A stretch of DNA of 64,000 nt from Nonlabens sp. (GTDB lineage Bacteria; Bacteroidota; Bacteroidia; Flavobacteriales; Flavobacteriaceae): the NCBI GenBank assembly GCA_020630715.1, contig JAHDIQ010000010.1, positions 71,883-135,882 of the forward strand. The letters run 5' to 3'. Positions 30,316 to 39,141 of this stretch are shown one piece after another (within the stretch, counting starts at the first letter, position 1; each line of letters starts with the position of its first letter). The position numbers were made by a program, and so were the translations under genes. The notes beneath the pieces were generated by a model that was given only the letters and a program-made list of their open reading frames with translations, had not been told where the DNA came from and did no database searches.

Positions 30316-31224
30316 ATGTCACATAGAAAAGACCATTATTTTAACCCATCTCAAATTGCTTCTATATCAGAAAAAGGACTGGACGTAAGTGCATATACTT
30401 CTGATGATTTAAAAGCATTATGGAGATCCACTATAGAAAAAGGTGTACATGGAATCTGTTTTAGTATGTATGAAGATGGTCAAGAACCAGGTGACCATAT
30501 CTCAAGAGAACAAGTAGAACGTCGCGTTAAGATTTTAAAACCATATACTAAATGGATACGTTCTTTCTCTTGTATTGAAGGTAATGAGTACGTACCTGAA
30601 TACGCCCATAAACATGGCATGAAAACATTAGTAGGTGCATGGTTAAGTGATGATAAGGAAAAGAATGAGCAGGAAATTGAAGCTTTAATTGAACTTGCTA
30701 AAAAGGGATATGTCAACATTGCAGCTGTAGGGAATGAAGTGATGTATAGAGATGAGCTTACAGAGCAAGAGCTTATTGATTATATTAATAAAGTAAAAAA
30801 AGCATTACCAGAAATTCCTGTAGGATATGTAGATGCATATTATGAATTTACCTCTAGGCCAGCAATTACTCAAGCTTGTGATGTGATTCTTACAAATTGT
30901 TATCCTTTCTGGGAAGGTTGTCCTATTGAATATGGTTTAAATCACATGAATGAAATGTTTCATCAGGCACTAAGCGCTGACTCATCTAAGAAAGTTATTA
31001 TAACAGAAACAGGATGGCCTAATCAAGGAGAAAGCTTTAAAGGCTCTCATCCATCTGATGTTAATGCGATGAAATATTTTATCGATACCCAAAAATGGTG
31101 CGAACACAATAACATAGACTGTTTTTACTTTTCATCTTTTGATGAATCCTGGAAAAAAGGAGATGAAGGTGAAGTAGGAGCTTTTTGGGGATTATGGGAT
31201 AAACATGAACAATTGAAGTTTTAA
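30316..31224 (+). CDS. Cytoplasmic GH17-family protein (no signal peptide)
   Basis: 302 aa. AAVGNEVM, IITETGWPNQG, FYFSSFDESWK. Collinear, roughly half-identical by eye, to residues ~510-779 of the upstream fusion. Starts 2 nt after it. Confidence 0.8.
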   Translation: MSHRKDHYFNPSQIASISEKGLDVSAYTSDDLKALWRSTIEKGVHGICFSMYEDGQEPGDHISREQVERRVKILKPYTKWIRSFSCIEGNEYVPEYAHKHGMKTLVGAWLSDDKEKNEQEIEALIELAKKGYVNIAAVGNEVMYRDELTEQELIDYINKVKKALPEIPVGYVDAYYEFTSRPAITQACDVILTNCYPFWEGCPIEYGLNHMNEMFHQALSADSSKKVIITETGWPNQGESFKGSHPSDVNAMKYFIDTQKWCEHNNIDCFYFSSFDESWKKGDEGEVGAFWGLWDKHEQLKF

Positions 31225-31495
31225 TCTCAGTCAAATTATAATAATAAATCACGAAAAGCATTTCGTAACTTAAATCAAACTGAATAATAACTCAACATAA
31301 ACTCAACATTAACACAAATTATCAATAAAGGTAACACTACATGTTTATTTATATCTAACTCATAATAAGAGTTTTATATGATTTTAAAAAGTATACATGT
31401 TAAAATTTGAATTGTATACGTATTGTAGTTGTGCATAAACTAGATTTTTAATAATCCAAACTTATATTTAACCATTAATAACTCAATCTATTACT

Positions 31496-32785
31496 ATGAA
31501 AAAAATTACTCTATTACTGATTTTATTCCTAACTACCTTAGGATATTCACAGTCTTTACCGCTTGACTTTTCAGATCCACTAGATGCTGGATTCTCTGGT
31601 TTCAACGGAACGACTACATCTGTTATTACAGACCCAACAGATGCTACAAACCAAGTTATTCAATTTGTAGGAGCTGGTGTCGATTTTGATGGTGCAGCAT
31701 TAGCTTTAGATACTTTTATTGATTTATCAGATGATGCTAACAATACCATCACGATGCGTATTAATGCTCCAGATGCAACAACTCGTACGCATCTATTAAA
31801 ATTAGAAGGTGGCTCCTCAGGTGCTACTGAATTATTTTTTGATACCACAATGATGGGCTGGCAAACTGTAAGTGTTGATTTCCCTGCTGGATTGGGTACA
31901 GAGTATCCAACACTCGTGATCTTTACAGATTCTGGTGCTGGTAATACTGCCACTGGTACATATTTAATTGATGATATAGATGGTCCTAATGGTGCGACAA
32001 TTGCTGTAGATCCTATACCTATGACTCCTGCTCCTATTCCATCTAATCCAGACGCTGAAGTTTACAGCATTTACAATGATACTAACGGATATACAAATAT
32101 TTTTCCTGTAGCCTACGATTTTGGTACACTAGCTGGTCAACCTGACTTAGATTCTGGTGCGGCAGTAAATAATGCCTTAAAATTTAATTTTTCAACTGCC
32201 GGCTGGGGACAAGGTGAAGCATTACAAGATTTATCTGCCTACTCATTCTTTTCTTTTCATTATTGGGCATCTGCAGGAACTACTGGATTTAATATTGAGT
32301 TAATCGCTAATACTGGTGGTACCGTAGCCGGAACAATTTACGAATATGGAGGAACTAATGCTACTGTAGTAACAGACTCATGGCAAACAGTTAATATCCC
32401 AATCTCGACATTCACATCTTTAGGTTTTGATTCTTCTAACTTCTTTCAGTGGAAATTCGATCCTTACCAGCAGTCAGTGACTAATGGAGGAATAGTTTAT
32501 GTTGATAACATAATGTTCACTCAAAATGTATTAAGTGTTCAGTCAAATGATAATCTGAATTTATCAATTTTCCCTAATCCATCAACAGATTCATGGAATA
32601 TTAATTCGCCTGATTCAACCATTAACAGCATTCAAGTGTATGATATGACTGGTAAATTGGTTATCTCGCAAGAAGCAAATGATACCAATTCTAGAATTGA
32701 TGGTGCTAATCTTAATAGTGGAATTTATATTGCTAGAATCATTTCTGGCGATGCTGTACAGAGTATTAAATTAATCAAAGAATAA
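31496..32785 (+). CDS. T9SS-secreted protein with CBM-like glycan-binding domains
   Basis: 429 aa. Signal peptide ...TTLGYSQ. Two jelly-roll-like domains. C-terminal type-A sorting domain (LSIFPNPSTDSWNI...GIYIARIISGDAVQSIKLIKE). Confidence 0.7.
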   Translation: MKKITLLLILFLTTLGYSQSLPLDFSDPLDAGFSGFNGTTTSVITDPTDATNQVIQFVGAGVDFDGAALALDTFIDLSDDANNTITMRINAPDATTRTHLLKLEGGSSGATELFFDTTMMGWQTVSVDFPAGLGTEYPTLVIFTDSGAGNTATGTYLIDDIDGPNGATIAVDPIPMTPAPIPSNPDAEVYSIYNDTNGYTNIFPVAYDFGTLAGQPDLDSGAAVNNALKFNFSTAGWGQGEALQDLSAYSFFSFHYWASAGTTGFNIELIANTGGTVAGTIYEYGGTNATVVTDSWQTVNIPISTFTSLGFDSSNFFQWKFDPYQQSVTNGGIVYVDNIMFTQNVLSVQSNDNLNLSIFPNPSTDSWNINSPDSTINSIQVYDMTGKLVISQEANDTNSRIDGANLNSGIYIARIISGDAVQSIKLIKE

Positions 32786-32807
32786 TAGTAGGAATTTTGA
32801 TTAAATG

Positions 32808-32836
32808 AAAGGCTGTCGATTAGACAGCCTTTTTTT
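32808..32836 (+). terminator. Rho-independent terminator closing the glucan locus
   Basis: AAAGGCTGTC / GACAGCCTTT stem, 5-nt loop, T-tract. 23 nt after the stop at 32785. Confidence 0.8.
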
Positions 32837-32943
32837 ATTTCTTAAATTCTAACTTTAGAATACTACAAATGATCAATTTGTAGGGCTATACGTGTATATT
32901 TTAAAACTGTCCTTATTAATCATTTGATTTTCAGTAGATTTTA

Positions 32944-33273
32944 TTGAGTGTTACTCTTTTATTTTTTATTAACGTAACTCTAGACTATATTCGGTACATG
33001 AAAGGAGTGTCTGGTATTATTGATGTGCTACTAAAAAAGCAGGTTTTATTGCTTGGGATGCTCTTGTTTGTTGTCAATATTTTTGCGTTTTTACCTTATA
33101 ATTTTGAGTGGTTCTTGTTAACAAGAATCTTGTCTACTTTTCTGGTTTTGCTTTTTTTTCTTTTTAAAGTTGGGCATTACAGTAAATGGATATACATCTT
33201 TCTGATTGTACAATTTTTATCTAGTATTGGTTACTATTACTATGATCATCACATAGGTCAATCTCCTTTCTAG
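32944..33273 (+). CDS. Hydrophobic membrane protein fragment (possibly the N-terminal half of a split gene)
   Basis: 109-aa ORF with a TTG start and 3 TM-like segments. It is followed 11 nt later, in another frame, by a second hydrophobic ORF. Confidence 0.35.
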   Translation: MSVTLLFFINVTLDYIRYMKGVSGIIDVLLKKQVLLLGMLLFVVNIFAFLPYNFEWFLLTRILSTFLVLLFFLFKVGHYSKWIYIFLIVQFLSSIGYYYYDHHIGQSPF

Positions 33274-33284
33274 TACTTTCGATT

Positions 33285-33758
33285 GTGAGCTATTTAATTA
33301 TTTCCTTAAGAGTTTTATTTAGTATTCAATGGAAGGAAATTAAGTTTTTTGAATACGTAGCATACTTAGCTCTATTCATTCCTAATATTATATTTCATTT
33401 TTATAATGTCTCAAATTTCGATCATAAAATAGATAGCTTCTGGGTTGAAGCACTGGTTTATGCGTTGGGATTTTCGGGAATGACGATGTGTTTAATCGTA
33501 GCGTTCTTTAATGTCACGAGCGTAAGCTCTAGATCATCCTATTATATATATGCTACATTCGCCTTCGTATTTGGAGATTTTTGCTCTATGATGGCGTATT
33601 ACTATGAGTTTTTCCCAGCACGCTTTTACTTTGTAGAAAGAACGTGTTACGTGTTTGCGTTGTGTGTCTTTGTTTCTTACGCTTATTATGATTACAAGTC
33701 GTTCCGAACTAAGAATAATACCATTAAAAAACCTTTCCAGGATTCAATGTTTTATTAG
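33285..33758 (+). CDS. Hydrophobic membrane protein (possibly the C-terminal half of a split gene)
   Basis: 157-aa ORF with a GTG start and 4-5 TM-like segments. Its 3' end overlaps the convergent 33724..35100 by 35 nt. Confidence 0.4.
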   Translation: MSYLIISLRVLFSIQWKEIKFFEYVAYLALFIPNIIFHFYNVSNFDHKIDSFWVEALVYALGFSGMTMCLIVAFFNVTSVSSRSSYYIYATFAFVFGDFCSMMAYYYEFFPARFYFVERTCYVFALCVFVSYAYYDYKSFRTKNNTIKKPFQDSMFY

Positions 33759-35100
33759 GATCTAATGTCTTTTTTAAAGTGCGCATTAGTGCGATTTCTT
33801 CTGGCGTCCTACATAGATTGAGATAATCTTTTTTGTGAGTTCCTATTCCATGTTCTGCGCTTACAGATCCGCCGATGGATTTTAGACCATCATAGATACA
33901 ATGATCTATTTCTTTTTTTAATGATCCACTATCGTTAGCTTTTCCTATCATAAAATGGATATTTCCATCTGCTACGTGACCAAATGCGTAGACTTGTTCA
34001 ACACCATTTATTTGCACAAGCGATTGATAACATTCTTCAATATAACTTCCTATTAATGGAATAGGCAGACTAATATCAAAATGTTGATCATAGGTCATGT
34101 GGTCCACTAGGTTGTTTACATCTTCACGTATTCTAAAAAACCATTCCACATCACTGGCAGATTGCGCGAGAACAGCATCTTCTATGATTTCTTGTTCTAA
34201 GGCTGTTTCTAACAAATCACTAAACTGCTCTAGATCCTTCATAGGATTACCACCTAACATTTCTACCAGTACGTAATAGTTGTAGTCATAAGGCAATGGT
34301 GGTCTTACAGCATCACTGGCACTAGTCATTTGCTCAAAGCTATTTTTCCACATAAGCTCATAACCGCTAAGACTGCCAGCCAGTCCAGCATCCATATGCT
34401 TTAAGAATTTCACCACATCACTGTAATCATTCATACAAGCATAGGCGGCGTTCCTGCTTTTAGGAGCTTCCTCTAATTTTAGAATGGCTCTGGTAACTAC
34501 ACCTAGCGTTCCTTCACTACCTATGAATAATTGTTTAATATCATAAGCGCTGTTATCCTTGATGATTTTTTTCATAGAAGATATGATCGTGCCATCTGCT
34601 AATACAACTTCTAATCCTAGAATCAGTTGTCGTGTCATACCATACTTTAAAACACGTAATCCACCAGCATTAGTCGATATAACGCCGCCTATTTGAGCAC
34701 TTCCTTTAGCGCCAAAATTTAGTGGAAATAACAAATCCTTTGCTGTAACTGCATTGTGGATATTCTCTAGAATGACACCTGCTTGTACAGTAGCGGTACG
34801 ACTAGCCGTGTCTATTTCTTCAATCTTATTCAGCCGTTCTGTAGAGATAACAACCTCGTCACCATTTGTTTCTGTACTACCTACAAGGTTTGTTAAACCA
34901 CCATGAACGACTACTGGAAGCTTCTTTAATGTACAAATTTTTAAAATATCACTTACCTGTTGGGTGTTTTCTGGTAGTAAGACACATAAAGCATTTAAGG
35001 ATTGATCCATATGCCATATGTGATGATAGCGTTCTTTTAATGCATCACCAGTTATAATTAACGAAGATGGTAAAACCGCAACAAATAGATCTGCGACCAT
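33724..35100 (-). CDS. FAD-linked oxidase (GlcD / D-lactate dehydrogenase family)
   Basis: 458 aa. LPVVVHGGLTNLVGS (FAD-binding PCMH domain). C-terminal SAEHGIGTHKK motif. Confidence 0.85.
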   Translation of the reverse strand: MVADLFVAVLPSSLIITGDALKERYHHIWHMDQSLNALCVLLPENTQQVSDILKICTLKKLPVVVHGGLTNLVGSTETNGDEVVISTERLNKIEEIDTASRTATVQAGVILENIHNAVTAKDLLFPLNFGAKGSAQIGGVISTNAGGLRVLKYGMTRQLILGLEVVLADGTIISSMKKIIKDNSAYDIKQLFIGSEGTLGVVTRAILKLEEAPKSRNAAYACMNDYSDVVKFLKHMDAGLAGSLSGYELMWKNSFEQMTSASDAVRPPLPYDYNYYVLVEMLGGNPMKDLEQFSDLLETALEQEIIEDAVLAQSASDVEWFFRIREDVNNLVDHMTYDQHFDISLPIPLIGSYIEECYQSLVQINGVEQVYAFGHVADGNIHFMIGKANDSGSLKKEIDHCIYDGLKSIGGSVSAEHGIGTHKKDYLNLCRTPEEIALMRTLKKTLDPNKTLNPGKVF

Positions 35101-35438
35101 TATCCTAAAATCGACTTTAAAACATTAAGCAAATGTTTTTCCATCTGATCATAATGACCGTCAATTTTAAATAATGCCTTCACTTCTTTAAAATGCTTGT
35201 CTAAGTCTTTATCACTTAATTTATGCTCTTTTGCATATTCCTGCAAGCGCGTCAGGCTTTGGTAATCAGTATCGTTATTAAAGACTTTTTGTATCTCTCT
35301 AAATTCAGATTTTTCTACACGTTCTTTAATGAAATGTAATTCTTCTGCACTTTGATTAATATCAGCATTTGCACAGTAAAGTAATAAGTAGGTCTGGAAT
35401 TCAGAGGTGTTCCAGTTCATGTGTTTTGATGCGCTCAT
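35100..35438 (-). CDS. Hypothetical helical cytoplasmic protein
   Basis: 112-aa ORF with a 1-nt overlap to the downstream oxidase gene. No motif recognised. Confidence 0.5.
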   Translation of the reverse strand: MSASKHMNWNTSEFQTYLLLYCANADINQSAEELHFIKERVEKSEFREIQKVFNNDTDYQSLTRLQEYAKEHKLSDKDLDKHFKEVKALFKIDGHYDQMEKHLLNVLKSILG

Positions 35439-35496
35439 AATAGGTTTAGGTTTTGTGTAGGCTTAAAAATAATTAAAAAACTAGTGCACTTTTAAA

Positions 35497-35736
35497 CTAA
35501 TCTATCCATAATTGTCCGCGATGCGGTTTTAAAGCGTCTCTTACTGGTGGCATGGCACTTTCTAAAATGCCTAGAAATGCAATATGATGCATATCGCTTA
35601 TTTGTTGCGTTCCCGTACCTAGTGAGTTTATGTGATCACGTTCTATAAATTCATTTAAATGAATCACGTGATGTGCCGCAGTTTGCGCCGCATTAGGACC
35701 TTTAAAATCCCAAATTAACTTTAGTTTACGTTCCAT
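35497..35736 (-). CDS. Hypothetical small protein
   Basis: 79-aa ORF. 16-nt overlap with the upstream SRPBCC-like gene. Confidence 0.4.
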   Translation of the reverse strand: MERKLKLIWDFKGPNAAQTAAHHVIHLNEFIERDHINSLGTGTQQISDMHHIAFLGILESAMPPVRDALKPHRGQLWID

Positions 35737-36203
35737 GTGTTTGTGTACATTGCTTCTGCAAAGGTCTTAAAATCTTCTATGTGTTGCCTATTCTGTCCTG
35801 TAAATAATTGAGGTTGTGCTTTTCCTATCAGTCGCATCATACCAGTAAATTTAAAACTGCTGTTACTTTCCCAGTGAGTGACTTTTTGAGTAGTGTTGTT
35901 TGTGGTGATTTCGCTTTCGCGAAAGCGGTTACTTTGCTTATTCAATACGCCACTTGTACGGTAGGTCGCTTCCCAAAGATGTGGTAAATCTAGAGCAGTG
36001 ATTTCCTCTGTCATTGTAATGACCGTTCCAGCGGCTTTGATTTTCATCAGGCGTTTACTTCCTACCTCACCTATCTGTTGTGACTGGTTTTTAAAACTCA
36101 CAAGACCGCGTTGCCAGTGCTTAAAATAATCTTGATTTTTAAAAAGCTCCATCACGTAATCAATAGGGCAGTGAATGGTGATTTTTTGATTGCTGGATAT
36201 CAT
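35721..36203 (-). CDS. SRPBCC-superfamily (START/Bet v1-like) protein
   Basis: 160 aa. The length and pattern (IHCPIDYVMELFKNQDYFKHWQRGL...) are typical of SRPBCC ligand-binding proteins. Contains palindrome copy 35912..35927. Confidence 0.55.
   Translation of the reverse strand: MISSNQKITIHCPIDYVMELFKNQDYFKHWQRGLVSFKNQSQQIGEVGSKRLMKIKAAGTVITMTEEITALDLPHLWEATYRTSGVLNKQSNRFRESEITTNNTTQKVTHWESNSSFKFTGMMRLIGKAQPQLFTGQNRQHIEDFKTFAEAMYTNTWNVN
35912..35927. repeat. Palindrome family copy 9 (16/16)
   Basis: Inside CDS 35721..36203. Read on the minus strand as N-R-F-R-E-S-E. Confidence 0.95.
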
Positions 36204-36273
36204 AATTGCAAGGTCGTAAAATGGGAGAATAACTTATGTAAATTCATCATAAGATTGAAGGATTTTTTACGTT

Positions 36274-36303
36274 TTGTAAGCCACGTCATAATGGTTATTT
36301 TTG
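36274..36303 (+). promoter_or_regulatory. Candidate Bacteroidota promoter (TTG at 36274-36276, TATTTTTG at 36296-36303)
   Basis: Exact TAnnTTTG match 24 nt upstream of the ATG at 36327, with a TTG 19 nt upstream of the -7 box. Confidence 0.4.
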
Positions 36304-36326
36304 CTAGCCTTGAAAAAATAAAAAAT

Positions 36327-38303
36327 ATGTGGATTACAAAACGATTACTACTAGTTATTGTATTGTTATTTAGTATTGCAGTAACTGCACAAGATTTAGA
36401 AGAAAGAACCTTACTTACCATAGATGGTAATGAATACGATGCTGGTACATTCATGCGTACCTATCTTAAAAACCTAGATATCGTACAGGATGAATCTCAA
36501 AAAGATCTTGATAATTATCTAGAATTGTATAAGGATTATAGACTTAAATTATTACAGGCTTATGAACTAGGTCTAGAGAATGATGAAGAGTATAAAAAAG
36601 AGCTTAATAATTATCGCAATACACTAGCGCAAGGATATCTTACAGATAGTGAAGTAAGTGAACGTTTATTGCGTGAAGCTTATGAGCGCAAAAAGACTGA
36701 AGTAAATGCCAGTCATATTCTGGTGAAAATAGGGCGTGGTGACGCGCCAGCAGACACCTTAAAAGCATGGAATAAAATCCAGCAAATTAGAAAAGAAGTG
36801 ATGGCTGGTGCAGATTTTGCTCAAACTGCGAGAACTAAAAGTGAAGGTCCTAGTGCAAAAACAAGTGGTGAATTAGGCTGGTTTAGCGTTTTTAGAATGG
36901 TGTATCCATTTGAGAATGCCGCTTATAACACTCCAGTAGGAGAGGTTTCTGATGTGTTTAGGTCAGATTTTGGGTATCATATACTTAAGGTAAATGATTC
37001 TAGACCTAATCCAGGAGAATTAACCGTTGCTCATATCATGACCGTAGATTCCAGAGAGGCAAAAGAAAAAACTGCCGAAGAAAGAATTAAGGAAGTTTAT
37101 AGCCAATTAGAAGAAACGGGAAAATTTGCAGAATTAGCTCGTGAGTTTTCTGATGATATGCAAACTGCGGCAAACGGTGGTGTATTGAGGAAATTTGGTA
37201 CAGGTGGTTTAAACGCGCCTACTTTTGAAGAAAAAGCATTTGCGCTTACAGATAAAGATCAATATACACAGCCTTTTAAATCTAAGTACGGCTGGCACAT
37301 TGTGAAGCTTATAGAAAAACATCCAGTCACAAGTTTTGAAGAGAATAAAAAAGCCTTAAAAGACCGTATTAAACGCACTCCAAGGGCACGTAAAATTACT
37401 GAGGCGTTTACTAATAACCTACGTGAAAAATATGGAGTTACTCACAATTCTAAAGCTCTAGACCATTTTAAGAACACCATCACAGATTCTATCTTAACTA
37501 ACAACTGGAAAGCGACAGAAGGAACAAAAAAAGAAGCTATTTTATTCACAATTAAAGGAGAAAGTTTCACCTACGGTGATTTCTATGATTACATCGAAAA
37601 ACAACAGCTTAAAGATTTTAAGGACTATAAAGATAAATCCACAAAGATTTTAAAAATGTATGATGGTTTTATAGACTCAAAAATATCTGATTATTATAAG
37701 GAACATCTAGAAGAAGAGAATAAAGACTTTGCATTTGTGTATAATGAATACAAGGAAGGTTTGTTACTCTTTGACCTTATGGAAAAAAACATCTGGGATA
37801 AAGCAAAAAATGATTCCATAGGACAACAACAGTTTTATGATGCTAATCGTTCAAAATATCAGTGGAAGCGTAGAATAGATATTACTATGACACAAAACAC
37901 AACAGAAGATGTGGCGCTAAAAGTGAAACAATTATTACTAGATGGAAAAGATGTTAGTGAGATTAAAGAACAATTTAATATTGATAACCGCACAAAGGTA
38001 TTAACATCTACTGGTGTTGTGGAAGAAACTTATAATAGACTTCCAGACAATTTTAAGATCGTAGAAGGCGTTTCTGATGTGTATCATGATGAGAAATCAG
38101 GTTTTTACAAGGTGATTGTAGTCCATGAGATTTTAGAACCTACTCAAAAAACACTAGATGAGGCTCGAGGATCTGTAATTAACGATTACCAGCAACAATT
38201 AGAAAAAGAGTGGCTGGAAAGTTTAAGAACGGGACGAGAAATCAAAGTAAATAAGAAAACCTTTAAAAAAGTAAAAAAACAAATTGCAGCGCAACGCTCT
38301 TAA
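36327..38303 (+). CDS. Periplasmic peptidyl-prolyl isomerase with two parvulin (PpiC) domains, SurA/PpiD-like
   Basis: The start is moved to MWITKRLLLVIVLLFSIAVTAQ (signal peptide). The track extension 36111-36326 overlaps the divergent gene. Parvulin motifs ASHILV...GELGWF...FGYHILKV, and a second TVAHIM...YGWHIVKL. Confidence 0.85.
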   Translation: MWITKRLLLVIVLLFSIAVTAQDLEERTLLTIDGNEYDAGTFMRTYLKNLDIVQDESQKDLDNYLELYKDYRLKLLQAYELGLENDEEYKKELNNYRNTLAQGYLTDSEVSERLLREAYERKKTEVNASHILVKIGRGDAPADTLKAWNKIQQIRKEVMAGADFAQTARTKSEGPSAKTSGELGWFSVFRMVYPFENAAYNTPVGEVSDVFRSDFGYHILKVNDSRPNPGELTVAHIMTVDSREAKEKTAEERIKEVYSQLEETGKFAELAREFSDDMQTAANGGVLRKFGTGGLNAPTFEEKAFALTDKDQYTQPFKSKYGWHIVKLIEKHPVTSFEENKKALKDRIKRTPRARKITEAFTNNLREKYGVTHNSKALDHFKNTITDSILTNNWKATEGTKKEAILFTIKGESFTYGDFYDYIEKQQLKDFKDYKDKSTKILKMYDGFIDSKISDYYKEHLEEENKDFAFVYNEYKEGLLLFDLMEKNIWDKAKNDSIGQQQFYDANRSKYQWKRRIDITMTQNTTEDVALKVKQLLLDGKDVSEIKEQFNIDNRTKVLTSTGVVEETYNRLPDNFKIVEGVSDVYHDEKSGFYKVIVVHEILEPTQKTLDEARGSVINDYQQQLEKEWLESLRTGREIKVNKKTFKKVKKQIAAQRS

Positions 38304-39141
38304 ATATATCTATACGGTTTTCATACTATGCTTCATAGTAAGTTGTGATTTTTTTAAATCACAACAGCCAGTAGATGCTGTTGTTTCTCTAGATGATCAT
38401 TATCTTACCAGTGAAGATATCGAGCAGTGGTTGCCTGATAACTATACCGCTGCAGATAGTACTCGTATTGTAAATGCACAAATAAATCAATGGGCCATTA
38501 ATCATTTATTAATGAAAAATGCGACTTTGAATATTTCAAAAGATGAACAAGAGCAATTAGATCAATTAGTAGCAAATTATAAACAGGAATTATACACACA
38601 GGTTTATAAAGAAAACCTAACAAAACAAAACCTAGATACCATCATACAGCATTCTGCGGTGCAAGATTATTATGCAACGCAATTAGAGAACTTAAAGCTT
38701 AATGAAGACCTGGTACAATTAAGTTTTGTTGAATTGGATCCATTATATTCAGAAATTGGGACGATTAAAAAGCTTTTGAAAAAACATGATTCTACGGCAG
38801 TTAGTCATCTAGATAGTTTGTCCTTAGGCTTTAAATCTTATTTTGTAAATGACAGTATCTGGGTAAAAAAGACTAGAGTTTATGATAAAATACCCTACAT
38901 AAACGTTGTAAATGAAAAGTCCTATATAAAAGATGGCACCTTTCATGAATTACAAGATAGCCTTAGCTTATATTTGGTGCGCTTTCACAAGGTCTTACGC
39001 CGTGGAGAAAAAGCACCTTTACAGTACGTAAAACCTACTATAAAACAAATATTATTGAATAAGCGCAAGCTTAATTATATAAAGAATTTAGAAAAAGAAT
39101 TACTAAATGATGCAATACAAAGTAATAAACTTAAGTCTTAG
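38284..39141 (+). CDS. Hypothetical lipoprotein within the PPIase cluster
   Basis: 285 aa. TTG start. Lipobox FIVSC. 20-nt overlap with the upstream gene, so the start is uncertain. Confidence 0.5.
   Translation: MQRNALKYIYTVFILCFIVSCDFFKSQQPVDAVVSLDDHYLTSEDIEQWLPDNYTAADSTRIVNAQINQWAINHLLMKNATLNISKDEQEQLDQLVANYKQELYTQVYKENLTKQNLDTIIQHSAVQDYYATQLENLKLNEDLVQLSFVELDPLYSEIGTIKKLLKKHDSTAVSHLDSLSLGFKSYFVNDSIWVKKTRVYDKIPYINVVNEKSYIKDGTFHELQDSLSLYLVRFHKVLRRGEKAPLQYVKPTIKQILLNKRKLNYIKNLEKELLNDAIQSNKLKS

Noticed and set aside
36111-36326. N-terminal extension of the PPIase ORF.
   Set aside because: It overlaps the divergent SRPBCC gene and contains the candidate promoter. A textbook signal peptide starts at the ATG at 36327.
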